DNA of 64,000 nt from a virus. Of this stretch, positions 43,947-54,201 are shown piece after piece; position 1 is the first letter of the stretch, and each line of letters starts with the position of its first letter. The stretch lies in IMG/VR virus record IMGVR_UViG_3300024339_000005; one strand, given 5' to 3'. Below the pieces are notes generated by a model that was not told the origin of the DNA, did no database searches, and worked only from the letters and a program-made list of their open reading frames with translations. The translations under genes and the position numbers were made by a program.

Positions 43947-46423
43947 GAGAAAAAATCTTCTAATGTCGCGGAGTTATCGGTCTTCCAACCAATCACTTCG
44001 GCAATGTTTTTCACCGGGTCGAGAAATGTTTTGGTGAACTGCAATTCGTAATCAATATATTTCTCAATCCCAAACTCGGGTGGTAGAATATCCACCACAG
44101 AAAGAACTGGTGATTGAATGGTATTCGGCATTTTCAAATAACAGCATTTGATTTTCTCGCCCTCTTTGACCTTATCGTATTGCTTGGTCAGTTTCTTGGC
44201 TTTCAACAGAGCATTGAATACCAAAGCACCCTTTACATGAAACGGCGTTCCTTTGGTGAAAATCTCTTTTCCGCCATCGTACTTTGCGATTCCATTCACG
44301 CCACTCGGTTTAGCCACATCCATGAAATCCATTGCATAGAATTTTTCACGGAAATCTTCAATGTGGGCAACCAACTCTTTTTGTGTCCCTGTCAGCATAA
44401 GGCCGATACAGGCTTTGATAGCCGTCCGGCAAGATTGTGGTGTTGACGATCTGACAACCTCCAACCCCATCACTTTCATTTTGGGTTCTGAATACCGAAC
44501 ACCCTCGTCGTCTAAGACGTTTAGGGCATAACGCTTTTTGTTGGTCCAGATTCCAACGGGCGCAATAATCTCGCGCTTCATTTTCATCTTGTGTTTGCCG
44601 TTCAGAGTTTTAGTAAGGTCCTGGTAACACCTATCAATATACGGTTCAATTTTCTCTTTACCGGTTCGGGATAGAAATTCGACAATTTTTTCATCCGGCG
44701 TTCCTTCTTCAAAGACTTGATTAACAAGTTCGTCAAGCCTAAGGTAAACGGAGTCGGTATCAGACGCAATGACATAATCTTTCCCTTCGGTCTTCAGGAG
44801 TTTGTTTAGGTATTTATTCAACTTGTCTTCAATGAATCGAATAATCACCTGCCCCGACATTGTGATAGCCTCTGCATTCCGCAAGTCATAGAAACGGAAA
44901 TACTGGCTGCCCATAGCGCCGTATGCACTGTTGAGGGTAACCTTCAAAGCGTTCTGGTAGTTATTCCATCGGGCGATTTCTTTTTCATCACTTGGGTCTT
45001 TGGTCTTTTCAAATCGCCTTTTCGCATCCAACATTTTACCCTTGGCTATCGTGCGACCATCATAAAACTCTTGCATAAGTTCTGACAGAATTCCGGTGAA
45101 CTCTTTGGTATACAGAGAGCCGTTACAAGCCACAGAAAATTCGTCGTGCATAGGTTCGGTGATTCGACTGTAAATCAAATCCTCAATACGGATATCCATA
45201 TTGATTTGTTGAATGGTGTCGGGACCGATGTTGAACATCATAATAATGTGTGGGTACATACTGGCAAGATCGAAAGACATAATCCACCGATGCTTACCGA
45301 TAAGTGGCGCTTTCACATATGCGCCCTCAAAGGTATCGCTCTTGTCATGGTGTCTCTTGGGTGGAACGACCACGCCTTTATCAAGCAAGTGATTGTGGGT
45401 AATCGCATCCCACATTCTTACTTGCTTATGAACGTCCGGTAAATTCACCTTGGTCAAATACGCAACAGACAGAGCCTGTTCGATAAGTTTCATCTTATCA
45501 TCAATCCGGCGAACCAACGCAACGTCTTTGATGTTGTATTCGATAAATTTCTGGTAGTCGTTTAGGTAGAGTTTGTGAAGGGTGCCATGCTCGGCATAGT
45601 CAAGTTTCTTTTCACCCAATTCGACAAACGAGATATGGTCCAGTTTATAGGACTCCTGCATTGCGCCAGAGTATCGCTTGTATAGGTCGAGGTAATCCAA
45701 TTCGGCAATGCCCACGATTTCATAAGCCTGCTTTTTCGTACCATAGCCCATGTTTATGGTTCGTTCATAGATACGACCCCATGGCGAAAGCCTGTTAGCC
45801 ATCTTTTCACTAAAGAGTTTTGTGATCCGGTTGACGAGATAGGGGATATCGAAAAGTTGAATGTACCATCCGGTGATAATGTCGGGATAGTTTGACGACC
45901 AGAAGTCCAGAAAGTTCAAAAGCAAATCTTTCTCGCCCTTGCATTTCATGTAATTGACATTTGGGTCTTCGTTCTCAAAGTCGCCACAGCCCCAAACGAA
46001 ATATCGGTTCTTGACTTCCATGGTGATAGATACAACCTCCTCGTCTGCGGCTTCCGGTTGTGGAAAGCCGTTTTCAGAGGCGACCTCAATATCAATGTTG
46101 GCAACTCTTAGAACGGAACTGTCATAGTCAATAACGCCTGGCCACTGTTCGTGGATGTAAGTATAATTGAAAAGGTTAGAACCATAAACGGTAAGATTAG
46201 CAACATCTTGGTAACTCTTGTAAAATTCTTTTGCTTCGCGGATAGTGTCAAATTCTACATCACCAACAGTTTGCCCGTCGATAGTTTTGAAATTACCCTC
46301 TCGTCCAGAGACATAGAGGGTTGGTTGGTACGGAACCTTCTTAGAGTACCGAGTGCCATTTTTCACTCCTCTAAGAAGAATACTATTTCCGTATACTTGA
46401 ACGTCGGTATAAAAGTCCATCAT
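43943..46423 (-). CDS. 43: family B DNA polymerase (T4 gp43)
   Basis: DIEV exonuclease; SFDLASMYP; KVTLNSAYG; SDTDS; KKRY. Confidence 0.97.
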   Translation of the reverse strand: MMDFYTDVQVYGNSILLRGVKNGTRYSKKVPYQPTLYVSGREGNFKTIDGQTVGDVEFDTIREAKEFYKSYQDVANLTVYGSNLFNYTYIHEQWPGVIDYDSSVLRVANIDIEVASENGFPQPEAADEEVVSITMEVKNRYFVWGCGDFENEDPNVNYMKCKGEKDLLLNFLDFWSSNYPDIITGWYIQLFDIPYLVNRITKLFSEKMANRLSPWGRIYERTINMGYGTKKQAYEIVGIAELDYLDLYKRYSGAMQESYKLDHISFVELGEKKLDYAEHGTLHKLYLNDYQKFIEYNIKDVALVRRIDDKMKLIEQALSVAYLTKVNLPDVHKQVRMWDAITHNHLLDKGVVVPPKRHHDKSDTFEGAYVKAPLIGKHRWIMSFDLASMYPHIIMMFNIGPDTIQQINMDIRIEDLIYSRITEPMHDEFSVACNGSLYTKEFTGILSELMQEFYDGRTIAKGKMLDAKRRFEKTKDPSDEKEIARWNNYQNALKVTLNSAYGAMGSQYFRFYDLRNAEAITMSGQVIIRFIEDKLNKYLNKLLKTEGKDYVIASDTDSVYLRLDELVNQVFEEGTPDEKIVEFLSRTGKEKIEPYIDRCYQDLTKTLNGKHKMKMKREIIAPVGIWTNKKRYALNVLDDEGVRYSEPKMKVMGLEVVRSSTPQSCRTAIKACIGLMLTGTQKELVAHIEDFREKFYAMDFMDVAKPSGVNGIAKYDGGKEIFTKGTPFHVKGALVFNALLKAKKLTKQYDKVKEGEKIKCCYLKMPNTIQSPVLSVVDILPPEFGIEKYIDYELQFTKTFLDPVKNIAEVIGWKTDNSATLEDFFS

Positions 46424-46444
46424 AATTCCTTGATTATATCTACC

Positions 46445-46474
46445 AGTATATCATACTTTTGGTCGATCTGTCAA
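46445..46474 (-). promoter_or_regulatory. sigma70-type promoter of gene 43
   Basis: TTGACA-18-TATACT with TGn extension. Confidence 0.7.
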
Positions 46475-46478
46475 GACT

Positions 46479-46802
46479 TTATGGTAGAATAATTCCCGGC
46501 GTGTTAGGCATAGCAATTGGGCTGGACGCTTGTTTATAGTTGTCGATAATGCCTTGAACTGGCTCATACATAAACATGATTTTGTCGTGGGCGATAGTCA
46601 ATTCATCTTTTACAGCCAGTGGCAGCATCGGCGATAATCCCATATGAGGGTTACCTTTTTCGTCGGTTTGAACGTGAAGTTGCCAAGGTTTACTCAAGAC
46701 CCAATTTGCCGGCGGAATATAATCTACCATCGGGCCTGCACCTCTATTTACGTCTGCCACCAATTCTTCACCACTGATAAGTCGTACTACATTAATTGTC
46801 AT
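46479..46802 (-). CDS. Sm-like-fold T4-like conserved protein
   Basis: VVRLISGEELVA. Confidence 0.7.
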   Translation of the reverse strand: MTINVVRLISGEELVADVNRGAGPMVDYIPPANWVLSKPWQLHVQTDEKGNPHMGLSPMLPLAVKDELTIAHDKIMFMYEPVQGIIDNYKQASSPIAMPNTPGIILP

Positions 46803-47267
46803 TATCTAATCTCGCTTTCAATTCGTCGGCTTTTAAAACCAAGCCGAGTATTCCAAAATAAATTATTACGCCTACCGTTACACCGACAAACATCCAATCC
46901 ATTTAATTATCCCTGTAATCTCCGCTTTGCTTCTGCGGTACGTCCAGCTACAAATGCATCAAAGAAGGTAGAGGTAAATCTTACCTGCATCAACGCCTTA
47001 AAAAAGTTTTTCAACATTCTTACCACCTATATGCGTTATGGTCAAACGGGCGACAAGCGGGATTCGCATTGCAGCGTTCTTGATACATGTATGGGTGTTC
47101 TGACCTTAGATAGTCCATATAGTCACGGTAGTTCTGTTTCGCTTGTTGGCGCTCTTTGATTCGAGCCACCAATTTCTTCAAGATTTTCATCTTCTTTATC
47201 TTTCTGATATTCAGGGGGTACACGCCCGTATCCTACGGCACGGTCCCACTGTCTTTGGGTATAGGTA

Positions 47268-47738
47268 TTATAATTCGATTTTGGTATAGACTGTTTTTCC
47301 ATCAATCTTCTCCGCCTTCAAAATTTCTTTTCTGTTGATGCCGTCTTCCCATGGACCAACATATGAACAGTGAATCCACCCAGCGTGGGGATCATCGTCG
47401 TCAAGATATTCAAGTATCAACTGGTCGAAATCCAAAATCTGGGAAATCCACACAGCAAGACCGTAGTTATCTTTTTCAACACATTCAAAATCAGCGGCTT
47501 CGCCTTTAGAATGTTGGCTCGTTGTCGATCCGCCGATTGCTTCGTTCAAGTCTTCTGACCGATAACCAGAAGATATTGTGGTAGAACCAAACTTGTTTCG
47601 AACTGGCTGCAAAACATGAACGCACAGTAGGCGCATATTTTCAATGTGTTCGTCGGTGGCGTCGTTAGAAATTCCCTTGCGGGTGGCTATCTGACTTTTG
47701 GTCATTTCAGCCAAAGTGAAGTTGTTTGATAGTTTCAT
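47268..47738 (-). CDS. peptidase M15A (endolysin-like)
   Basis: SSGYRS; SQHSKGEAAD; WIHCS. Confidence 0.9.
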   Translation of the reverse strand: MKLSNNFTLAEMTKSQIATRKGISNDATDEHIENMRLLCVHVLQPVRNKFGSTTISSGYRSEDLNEAIGGSTTSQHSKGEAADFECVEKDNYGLAVWISQILDFDQLILEYLDDDDPHAGWIHCSYVGPWEDGINRKEILKAEKIDGKTVYTKIEL

Positions 47739-47754
47739 TATTTACACCTCAAAA

Positions 47755-47790
47755 GATATGCTGTGGTACGTCATTGCACCACAGCATATC
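47755..47790 (-). terminator. intrinsic terminator after hsp20
   Basis: GATATGCTGTGGT inverted repeat followed by a T run. Confidence 0.75.
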
Positions 47791-47795
47791 TATGC

Positions 47796-48215
47796 TTATT
47801 TGATTTCGATGGTGCGGGTTTTCTTTTCTTCTGGAACAATTCTTTCCAGAGTGATAATCAGAAGACCGTTTTCCAATTCGGAACCCATCACTTCAATGTC
47901 ATCGGATAGGGTAAACTTCTTTGTGAAGTCACGGCTTGAAATTCCTTTGTGTAGGAATTCAACCTGGTCGCCCGCGGGGCAACATTTGCCATCAATCGTA
48001 AGGACATTATCCTCAAGGGTGACAACCAGTTCTTCGTTCTCGAATCCAGCCACAGCCAATTCAATGGCATAGGCGTTGTCGTCGTAACGGCAAACATTGT
48101 GGGGAGGGTAGGTGTTTTGAGCTTTGCCGGTAAAGCCTTCGACCATTTCAAAAAATGGATCAAAGCCGATGCCGAATTGTTCAAAACCCTGTGGGAGTGT
48201 TAGTGTTCTTACCAT
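47796..48215 (-). CDS. hsp20: small heat shock protein (IbpA-like)
   Basis: YPPHNV; IELAVAGF; FLHKGISSR; LENGLL. Confidence 0.95.
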   Translation of the reverse strand: MVRTLTLPQGFEQFGIGFDPFFEMVEGFTGKAQNTYPPHNVCRYDDNAYAIELAVAGFENEELVVTLEDNVLTIDGKCCPAGDQVEFLHKGISSRDFTKKFTLSDDIEVMGSELENGLLIITLERIVPEEKKTRTIEIK

Positions 48216-48270
48216 GTGTTTTCTCCTGTAAAGCAAGAAATTATATGCAACCCATTATTGGCATTGCACT
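48216..48270 (-). promoter_or_regulatory. ROSE-like RNA thermometer
   Basis: TTCTTGCT-ttac-AGGAGAA hairpin plus upstream TGCAA/TTGCA stem. Confidence 0.65.
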
Positions 48271-48271
48271 T

Positions 48272-48454
48272 CTATTTAGTCTGTTCTAACTGCTCATTTG
48301 CACAATCTAAACAAACTATTGCTCTTTTATCTGCGATATGAGCATCACCGCATGTTGAACATTTTTGGCAATACCAGCCAGGAGCCCAACCAACAGACCG
48401 TAATTCTTCTGTGAATTCTTGGTCTGGCATCTTGTGGTCAAGAAGATCAACCAT
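48272..48454 (-). CDS. small Zn-finger protein
   Basis: CSTC...CLDC. Confidence 0.6.
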   Translation of the reverse strand: MVDLLDHKMPDQEFTEELRSVGWAPGWYCQKCSTCGDAHIADKRAIVCLDCANEQLEQTK

Positions 48455-48906
48455 CAGTTTGTGCCTGTAGACCCAAAACCACCTTCACCGCGCTCGGTGT
48501 CATCAAGCATATCAACCGCTATCAGATCGACGCCCGGAATTCTTTGGATAACCATTTGTGCGATCCGGTCGCCCCGGGTCACATTAAAATTTACATCGCC
48601 GTGGTTGATAAGAATCACACCGACCGTACCACGATAATCGCTATCAATTGTGCCTGGGGAATTCAATACGGTAATGCCGTGCTTGAATGCTAGTCCAGAC
48701 CGAGGGCGAATCTGCGCCTCATAACCTCTAGGCATTTCCATAGAGAAGCCACACTGAATTAGTTTTGAGCGCCCGGGCGCGATACCATCCACACCATCGA
48801 CATAGGCGTACAAATCCATACCCGCAGCCTCTTGACTGCCGTATGAAGGCATCTTACCACCTGGCTCTAATTTGATTTTAACAGGGCACACTAACATATT
48901 CGTCAT
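48454..48906 (-). CDS. dut: trimeric dUTPase
   Basis: AGMDL; RSG; GTIDSDYRG; RGEGGFGSTG. Confidence 0.96.
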   Translation of the reverse strand: MTNMLVCPVKIKLEPGGKMPSYGSQEAAGMDLYAYVDGVDGIAPGRSKLIQCGFSMEMPRGYEAQIRPRSGLAFKHGITVLNSPGTIDSDYRGTVGVILINHGDVNFNVTRGDRIAQMVIQRIPGVDLIAVDMLDDTERGEGGFGSTGTN

Positions 48907-48922
48907 AACAAAACTCCATCAT

Positions 48923-49321
48923 TTAGTATTTGCGACCGATATTGTATTTGGTCTTCAACTCCCAATTCTTCTTTTCGGCGAACGGGAGAATTTTCATTGC
49001 GCTTAGTAGGGCGACTGGTTGGGCACTCTTGTCTGGTTCAGCCAGTTCAAGTAATCCCCAATCGTCTAATAGATTCGCTATCGTATTCCTGCGGCCTTGA
49101 TCGTCGGTTCCGAAATCTGTTGGCTTACCATCCAGGGCAAAAAGTTCTTTGAAGTGAACTATCGCATAACAACCTTGTTTATGTAGTATATGACACGACT
49201 GATATAAAATTTTGTCTTTTCTGGATGCGATACCAATTCGCGTTAGTGTTTCTTTTACCTTAAGGAAATCATCATCTTCTTTTAGAATAATTTCAACACC
49301 ATAATTACCAAACACACTCAT
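48923..49321 (-). CDS. regA: translational repressor RegA
   Basis: FLKVKETLTRIG; YQSCHILHKQG; HFKELF. Confidence 0.96.
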   Translation of the reverse strand: MSVFGNYGVEIILKEDDDFLKVKETLTRIGIASRKDKILYQSCHILHKQGCYAIVHFKELFALDGKPTDFGTDDQGRRNTIANLLDDWGLLELAEPDKSAQPVALLSAMKILPFAEKKNWELKTKYNIGRKY

Positions 49322-49905
49322 TATACCACCCCTCTTTTTAAATTTTCTTCCCAGGGTATAAACTGTAAATTACTAATTGACGCGCATATTTCTGGAGTGA
49401 TACCCTCACGAAAACAATTGATAACAGGATTGATATGGTCTACTTGATATCCGCCAGATACCCCGCATAAAGTTCTTGGTTTGTTATCTGGATTAAGTAT
49501 GGCAATGTTTTCAGCATAAATTTTTTCTGTTAGGTAGTAAACTTTAGTAATATATTTTTGCCGTTCGGTTTTATTATAATTTCTGGTAATGGAAAACTTC
49601 TTTAACAATCTTGTTATATTTGAAATCGAACAACCAAATTTTTCTGCTATCTGGCGGTTCGTAATTTTATTATGCGCTACTAATTTTTGTAATGTTTCTT
49701 TGTTTATTTCGAATTGTTTATTATTACCGCCGCCCGGTGGACGAATCGCAATATCATAATGTTTCAGCCATTTCCTTACTCTGGTTTTATAGGTACCGAA
49801 TAGATCTGCAATCTCCTGTTGGGTGTATTTAGAATATAATTCTTCAATTTTTTCTTTTTCTGGGATACAATTATAACCATATTCCTGTTGATATAATTTC
49901 ATCAA
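49321..49905 (-). CDS. HTH plus HNH homing endonuclease
   Basis: Two HTH-like repeats; YQVDHI...NLQFIPWEEN; AT-rich. Confidence 0.8.
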   Translation of the reverse strand: MMKLYQQEYGYNCIPEKEKIEELYSKYTQQEIADLFGTYKTRVRKWLKHYDIAIRPPGGGNNKQFEINKETLQKLVAHNKITNRQIAEKFGCSISNITRLLKKFSITRNYNKTERQKYITKVYYLTEKIYAENIAILNPDNKPRTLCGVSGGYQVDHINPVINCFREGITPEICASISNLQFIPWEENLKRGVV

Positions 49906-49907
49906 AT

Positions 49908-49936
49908 CACTCCTTTATTATATTTATAAAAAAGTG
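49908..49936 (-). promoter_or_regulatory. RBS-sequestering hairpin with late promoter
   Basis: CACTTTTTTAT/ATAAAGGAGTG; TATAAATA at 49921-49928. Confidence 0.75.
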
Positions 49937-49949
49937 GCATTACAAAGAG

Positions 49950-50345
49950 TTATTTCATGGCACCACCCTTATACAACTTTGCTCTTATTGCTTCAATATC
50001 ATCGCCTGTCATAATCAAAAGGGCTTCTCTTGCTCTTTCATTGTTGTAGCCGTAGTATTCTTGAACCACATCAATGTCTTTTATTTTATCAGGCTTTGCC
50101 CATGGAACAAACTTTCGTTTCTTGGGCACGATAGTATTTATAAGATAGTCGTGTTGCATAAAGGTAGGTGTGTTAGGTCTGAAATTCAATTCATTGACCC
50201 TAAGGGTGGTGTCGGGGTAACGAGAATAGGCTCTATTGATAATGAACGCATTGTAATCCTTCAGCACCACTTCTGGATTATCAGAGGTACGAACGATATC
50301 AACGCCTTTATCAATGGCTTTTGTGAAGTCAAATGGTGAACTCAT
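49950..50345 (-). CDS. 62: clamp loader small subunit (gp62)
   Basis: YNAFIINR; EYYGY; synteny with regA and 44. Confidence 0.92.
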   Translation of the reverse strand: MSSPFDFTKAIDKGVDIVRTSDNPEVVLKDYNAFIINRAYSRYPDTTLRVNELNFRPNTPTFMQHDYLINTIVPKKRKFVPWAKPDKIKDIDVVQEYYGYNNERAREALLIMTGDDIEAIRAKLYKGGAMK

Positions 50346-50350
50346 AATAT

Positions 50351-50380
50351 GATCTTATCACTTTTTCAGAGTTATGTCAA
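50351..50380 (-). promoter_or_regulatory. sigma70-type promoter
   Basis: TTGACA-17-TAAGAT(C). Confidence 0.75.
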
Positions 50381-50735
50381 TCTAATTTCTCCTCTTTTTT
50401 GAACAAAGTACCCGTTACTTTGCAAGAGGTGAATGGCACCGTCAACCCGTTGTCTTTTGACTTTGGCTCGGCGATGTTTGGCGCGCTCTTTACGAGGCGT
50501 CGATTCTTTCTTAGGCAGTTTTAGCTGGTGAAACATTTGTCTCCTTTCGCTGTTACTACCTATTTAGTCTATTACTCTTTTTACAGTTTTTCTGTCCATT
50601 TCTTTTGGCATAAACCACAGGTGATTGTCGAACCTGTTACAACCTTTACCGATTCAGGGTGACTACATTCGTTTTGAATCTTCGTAATTTTTTCCTGGGC
50701 GTACCGAATTTCTCGTTTCAAATAATCTACGGTGT

Positions 50736-51674
50736 TCATTTGAAATCCGCCGATGCCATAATTTCTACCAACAAGGCCATGGTGTTAACCTCCTTGTCAG
50801 CCACAAAGGCATCCTTATATTGGTAATCTGCCATAAGCACCACCAATTCGGGAATGTCATGCGGTTCAATATATTCGTGGGCTGTGTCATAGAGTTGGCG
50901 CATAAGGGTGTTGAAATCGTTGTCAAGGTTTTGGGCTACCCACTTACGAGCGACCGTAAATTCCTTATTCTTCAGAGCGACCATCAATTCCTTCATTTTG
51001 ACTTCTGACAAATTGGCTAGAAGACCCGAATCAATCTTGCCGTTAGCCGCAGAGTACCGTTGAAGTTCATTCAAGACCCGGCGATAATCGGGAAAATGTT
51101 TCTGAATAATTTCAGCCACAACCTTCTTGTCATACTCAACATTCTCGGTGTCAAGAATAGTCATGACCCGTTTCATAAAGCCCATTGCCATTTCTGGCTT
51201 GTCTTTATTCGTCATTTTGAAATCAATGATCGACATACGGGATTGAATGGGTTCGATAAGCCTGTTCACATAATTACAGGTCAGGATGAAGCCACAGTTT
51301 TTTGAGAATGCTTCGACAAAGCCACGCAGTCCTGGCTGTACCCAGTTAGGGTCAAGATAATCCGCCTCATCAATGATAACGAATTTCTTGCCACCCATCA
51401 AAGAGACAGAAGACGCATAAGAAGAAATGTCGGTGCGGAGTTTGTCTTTGTTTACATCAAGCGAACCGTTGACCAAATAACTGTCGGCACCCATTTCCTT
51501 CAACATAGCCTTAGCAACGGTTGTCTTACCGCAGCCAGGACCACCAGTCAATAGGAGATTAGGTACATCTTGTTTATCGACAAAGGCTTGAAATGTGTCC
51601 TTCAACCTTTGCGGAAGGATACAATCAGCTATTTTTTGTGGTCTGTAGGCTTCCACCCATAGAGTTTCTTGCAT
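50736..51674 (-). CDS. 44: clamp loader large subunit (gp44)
   Basis: WVEAYRP; GCGKTT; IIDEAD; PDYRR. Confidence 0.96.
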   Translation of the reverse strand: MQETLWVEAYRPQKIADCILPQRLKDTFQAFVDKQDVPNLLLTGGPGCGKTTVAKAMLKEMGADSYLVNGSLDVNKDKLRTDISSYASSVSLMGGKKFVIIDEADYLDPNWVQPGLRGFVEAFSKNCGFILTCNYVNRLIEPIQSRMSIIDFKMTNKDKPEMAMGFMKRVMTILDTENVEYDKKVVAEIIQKHFPDYRRVLNELQRYSAANGKIDSGLLANLSEVKMKELMVALKNKEFTVARKWVAQNLDNDFNTLMRQLYDTAHEYIEPHDIPELVVLMADYQYKDAFVADKEVNTMALLVEIMASADFK

Positions 51675-51784
51675 GGCGTTTTCCTAATTCTGATTCTGGG
51701 TCAATTGTGTATTCAGAGATCGTGTTAGATGTTTCCACCTTTACGATGGTGGAAACACCTTCATCACGAACGGTCAAAATCATT

Positions 51785-52441
51785 TTATCCATCAAATGTA
51801 GAACCAGATTCCACGGCAACGAAGTATTCAACATCGGTTGCGGTAAATTGTGCGATACCTTTGGAAGTCATTTTGATCGCATAATCACGTGGCAAGAACT
51901 TCCAATTTTCCATTTTGAAAATCATACGGAAGGTCGACTTAGTAGAACCAACGCCAATCTGAAAAGTATCAGAGCCGTCGTTCTTAGCGTCAAGCGCGGT
52001 TACATAGATGGTTGAACCATCACCGATAACACCGATATCGGGAAGCTGGGTTACTGAAGCAGCCTTTAGGATTTCGCCAAGTGTAGCCGACGACATATCA
52101 AAAACGACTTCAGGGTCAACAGAAAGTTCTTTCTTGGGTGGCGCGGTGATAAGCGAAGCGTCTGCAAAGGCATATCGCCCCGAGGCTTTGCCGTTTTTGA
52201 TTTGAACAGAGCCAACATCAAAATCAAATGTAGGGTCATCAAAGAGGTTGATGAAACCTAGGAACCTGTTTAGGTCATAGATGGCAAAATCAGCCGGAAT
52301 ATCATCAGCAATCTTGGCTTTTGCCATAATCGTCTTTTGAGGTGAAACGGTAGCCAACGATTTGCCTTCTTCAAACAAAATCGACTGGTTGATTTGGGAG
52401 AAGTTTTTCAGAACCTCAAGGGTATCGGGAGAGAATTTCAT
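51785..52441 (-). CDS. 45: sliding clamp (gp45)
   Basis: LKNFSQINQSI; FAIYDLNRFL; YFVAVE. Confidence 0.95.
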   Translation of the reverse strand: MKFSPDTLEVLKNFSQINQSILFEEGKSLATVSPQKTIMAKAKIADDIPADFAIYDLNRFLGFINLFDDPTFDFDVGSVQIKNGKASGRYAFADASLITAPPKKELSVDPEVVFDMSSATLGEILKAASVTQLPDIGVIGDGSTIYVTALDAKNDGSDTFQIGVGSTKSTFRMIFKMENWKFLPRDYAIKMTSKGIAQFTATDVEYFVAVESGSTFDG

Positions 52442-52469
52442 TACAAAGTTTCCTTTTCAAAGTATAGTT

Positions 52470-52499
52470 GATCATATCACGCGGTTAGGATTTTGTCAA
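52470..52499 (-). promoter_or_regulatory. sigma70-type promoter
   Basis: TTGACA-17-TATGAT(C). Confidence 0.8.
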
Positions 52500-53079
52500 T
52501 ACTATTTCGCAAATCTTCTTTGGTGCTTTGATTATAAATTTCACGATCAAAATCACCAGATACCCATGACCATTCAGAAGCATGAACATTAGGATACATG
52601 CCCGGCATATGCTCTGGTTCATACATAGCGATTTCCCACCAATCGGGGAAAGTTCTACCATGAATACACCAGATTTCTCCACCCAGATCACCGATAAGTT
52701 TCATTTCGTTTGGAAATCTTACGTCGGTAATCACAATGTTTTGGCCTTCAGTGGGTAATCTGTTTTGCATCGCCGCAAGCCAAATATCTGGATGAAAACC
52801 ATCCCGCATAACTTCGGTGCCCATTAATTGCAGAGCCAAGCGTGGTGTAAAGCCAGGCTTTTTCAATTTCAATGACCACCATTCGTCTACTTCCTCGCGG
52901 AATAAACGGCTTTCTTCGGTGTCGCCTTCCAATAAAGACCTTTCCCAGCCGAACAAAGCCGCGGTCATATCCTTGAGAGGAGCGGCAAACGAATCGGCTT
53001 CGAAATCATGCCAATCCGTCAACCAGTTTCCGACGGTTCCTTTACCAGAACCGATTAGCCCTACAAGACCAATAATCAT
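52477..53079 (-). CDS. dNMP kinase (T4 gp1-like)
   Basis: GLIGSGKGT; TPRLALQLMGTE; ITDVRFPNE; HASE. Confidence 0.92.
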   Translation of the reverse strand: MIIGLVGLIGSGKGTVGNWLTDWHDFEADSFAAPLKDMTAALFGWERSLLEGDTEESRLFREEVDEWWSLKLKKPGFTPRLALQLMGTEVMRDGFHPDIWLAAMQNRLPTEGQNIVITDVRFPNEMKLIGDLGGEIWCIHGRTFPDWWEIAMYEPEHMPGMYPNVHASEWSWVSGDFDREIYNQSTKEDLRNSIDKILTA

Positions 53080-54110
53080 GTTGTGGCTTTCAGGCGCTTC
53101 TTTTTCCTTACAGGTGGTTCGATAACAGGACCAGTTTTGGCTGAATTGGCCAAATCTTTCCGCTGTTGAACGACTCTTGTATCAATCGTTGCGGCTGCGC
53201 CAATCTCTGCGAGGTCAGCAAGAGAACCACCAAAAGTATACGAACCACAATGCTGTAAGCGCATCCATGGGCAGAGCCAGACTTTGATATCGGCTTTTCT
53301 AGCCCACTGACAGAACATGTAATCTTCTGACAGGTAGCGTTTCGAATAACCTTCGTCGTCTTTATAGTCAACCAACTTCTCAAGGTCAGCCACAATATCT
53401 TCTTTCGGCAAATCAGCATCAATCAAGTTGCGGAGCCGTTGGTGCATTTGGGTATTCTTGTCGTCAATGACGCAATCAAAGAAAGCCATGATTTCACGGG
53501 TGCCATCGAAAGCGTCTGTACGAACGTGGTCTGGTCGGTACATGAATTCTGGATATGCAGCCGCATATTTTTCAAGAGCCGAACGGTGGATCATCATAAA
53601 GCCTGTTCCACCCTCCATAACCTCAACAGGAATATCAATCTGAATTTCTTCAGAGCCACCGACTGGGTTGAAAACATAGTCGCCGACATATTTCTCAAGG
53701 TTGTTTGGGTTCTTGTCTGCAAAGCCACGGTCGACCGCATGTTTAATCTTTTCCCATGCGATGGTTTTCTTTGGATAAGGACCACAGATAATTTCTTTGT
53801 CGTCGGCTGGGTCCAATAGTGCGGCCAGTGTCAGAACATCATTCGGGTCGAATCCAATATCCGAATCAATGAACATCAGGTAATCAAAATCACTTCGCAA
53901 AAATTCATCAACCAGATAGTTACGGGCGCGGGTGATTAGGGATTCATTGAACAGGTAAAAGAACTTTACCTCAATGCCATACTTTGTCGAAAGCATAGCC
54001 AAGTCGGCTGTGGATTTGGTATACATGCCATGGCAGTTTCCACCGTACATCGGTGTTGCGACGAATATTCGGCGTTTTCTTAGTTCTTCAACGTCAATAG
54101 ATACTTCCAT
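53076..54110 (-). CDS. GT-A-fold glycosyltransferase-like protein
   Basis: ATPMYGG; ESLITRARN; MFIDSDI; GTGFMMI; LSEDYMFC. Confidence 0.8.
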   Translation of the reverse strand: MEVSIDVEELRKRRIFVATPMYGGNCHGMYTKSTADLAMLSTKYGIEVKFFYLFNESLITRARNYLVDEFLRSDFDYLMFIDSDIGFDPNDVLTLAALLDPADDKEIICGPYPKKTIAWEKIKHAVDRGFADKNPNNLEKYVGDYVFNPVGGSEEIQIDIPVEVMEGGTGFMMIHRSALEKYAAAYPEFMYRPDHVRTDAFDGTREIMAFFDCVIDDKNTQMHQRLRNLIDADLPKEDIVADLEKLVDYKDDEGYSKRYLSEDYMFCQWARKADIKVWLCPWMRLQHCGSYTFGGSLADLAEIGAAATIDTRVVQQRKDLANSAKTGPVIEPPVRKKKRLKATT

Positions 54111-54142
54111 TATATTTCCTCATTATTTACATTTCACTTACC

Positions 54143-54171
54143 ATTATATAGTAAAACTCACAGTATGTCAA
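54143..54171 (-). promoter_or_regulatory. sigma70-type promoter without GATC
   Basis: TTGACA-17-TATAAT. Confidence 0.8.
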
Positions 54172-54201
54172 TACAAAAATACCAACAAAGTGGGTATTTT
54201 C

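Noticed and set aside
19556-46423. Introns or inteins in nrdJ, gene 41, uvsX or gene 43
   Set aside because: All are uninterrupted and of ordinary length.
50376-50536. Small basic ORF as ribosomal protein S21
   Set aside because: Only compositional similarity; the S21 core motifs are not visible.
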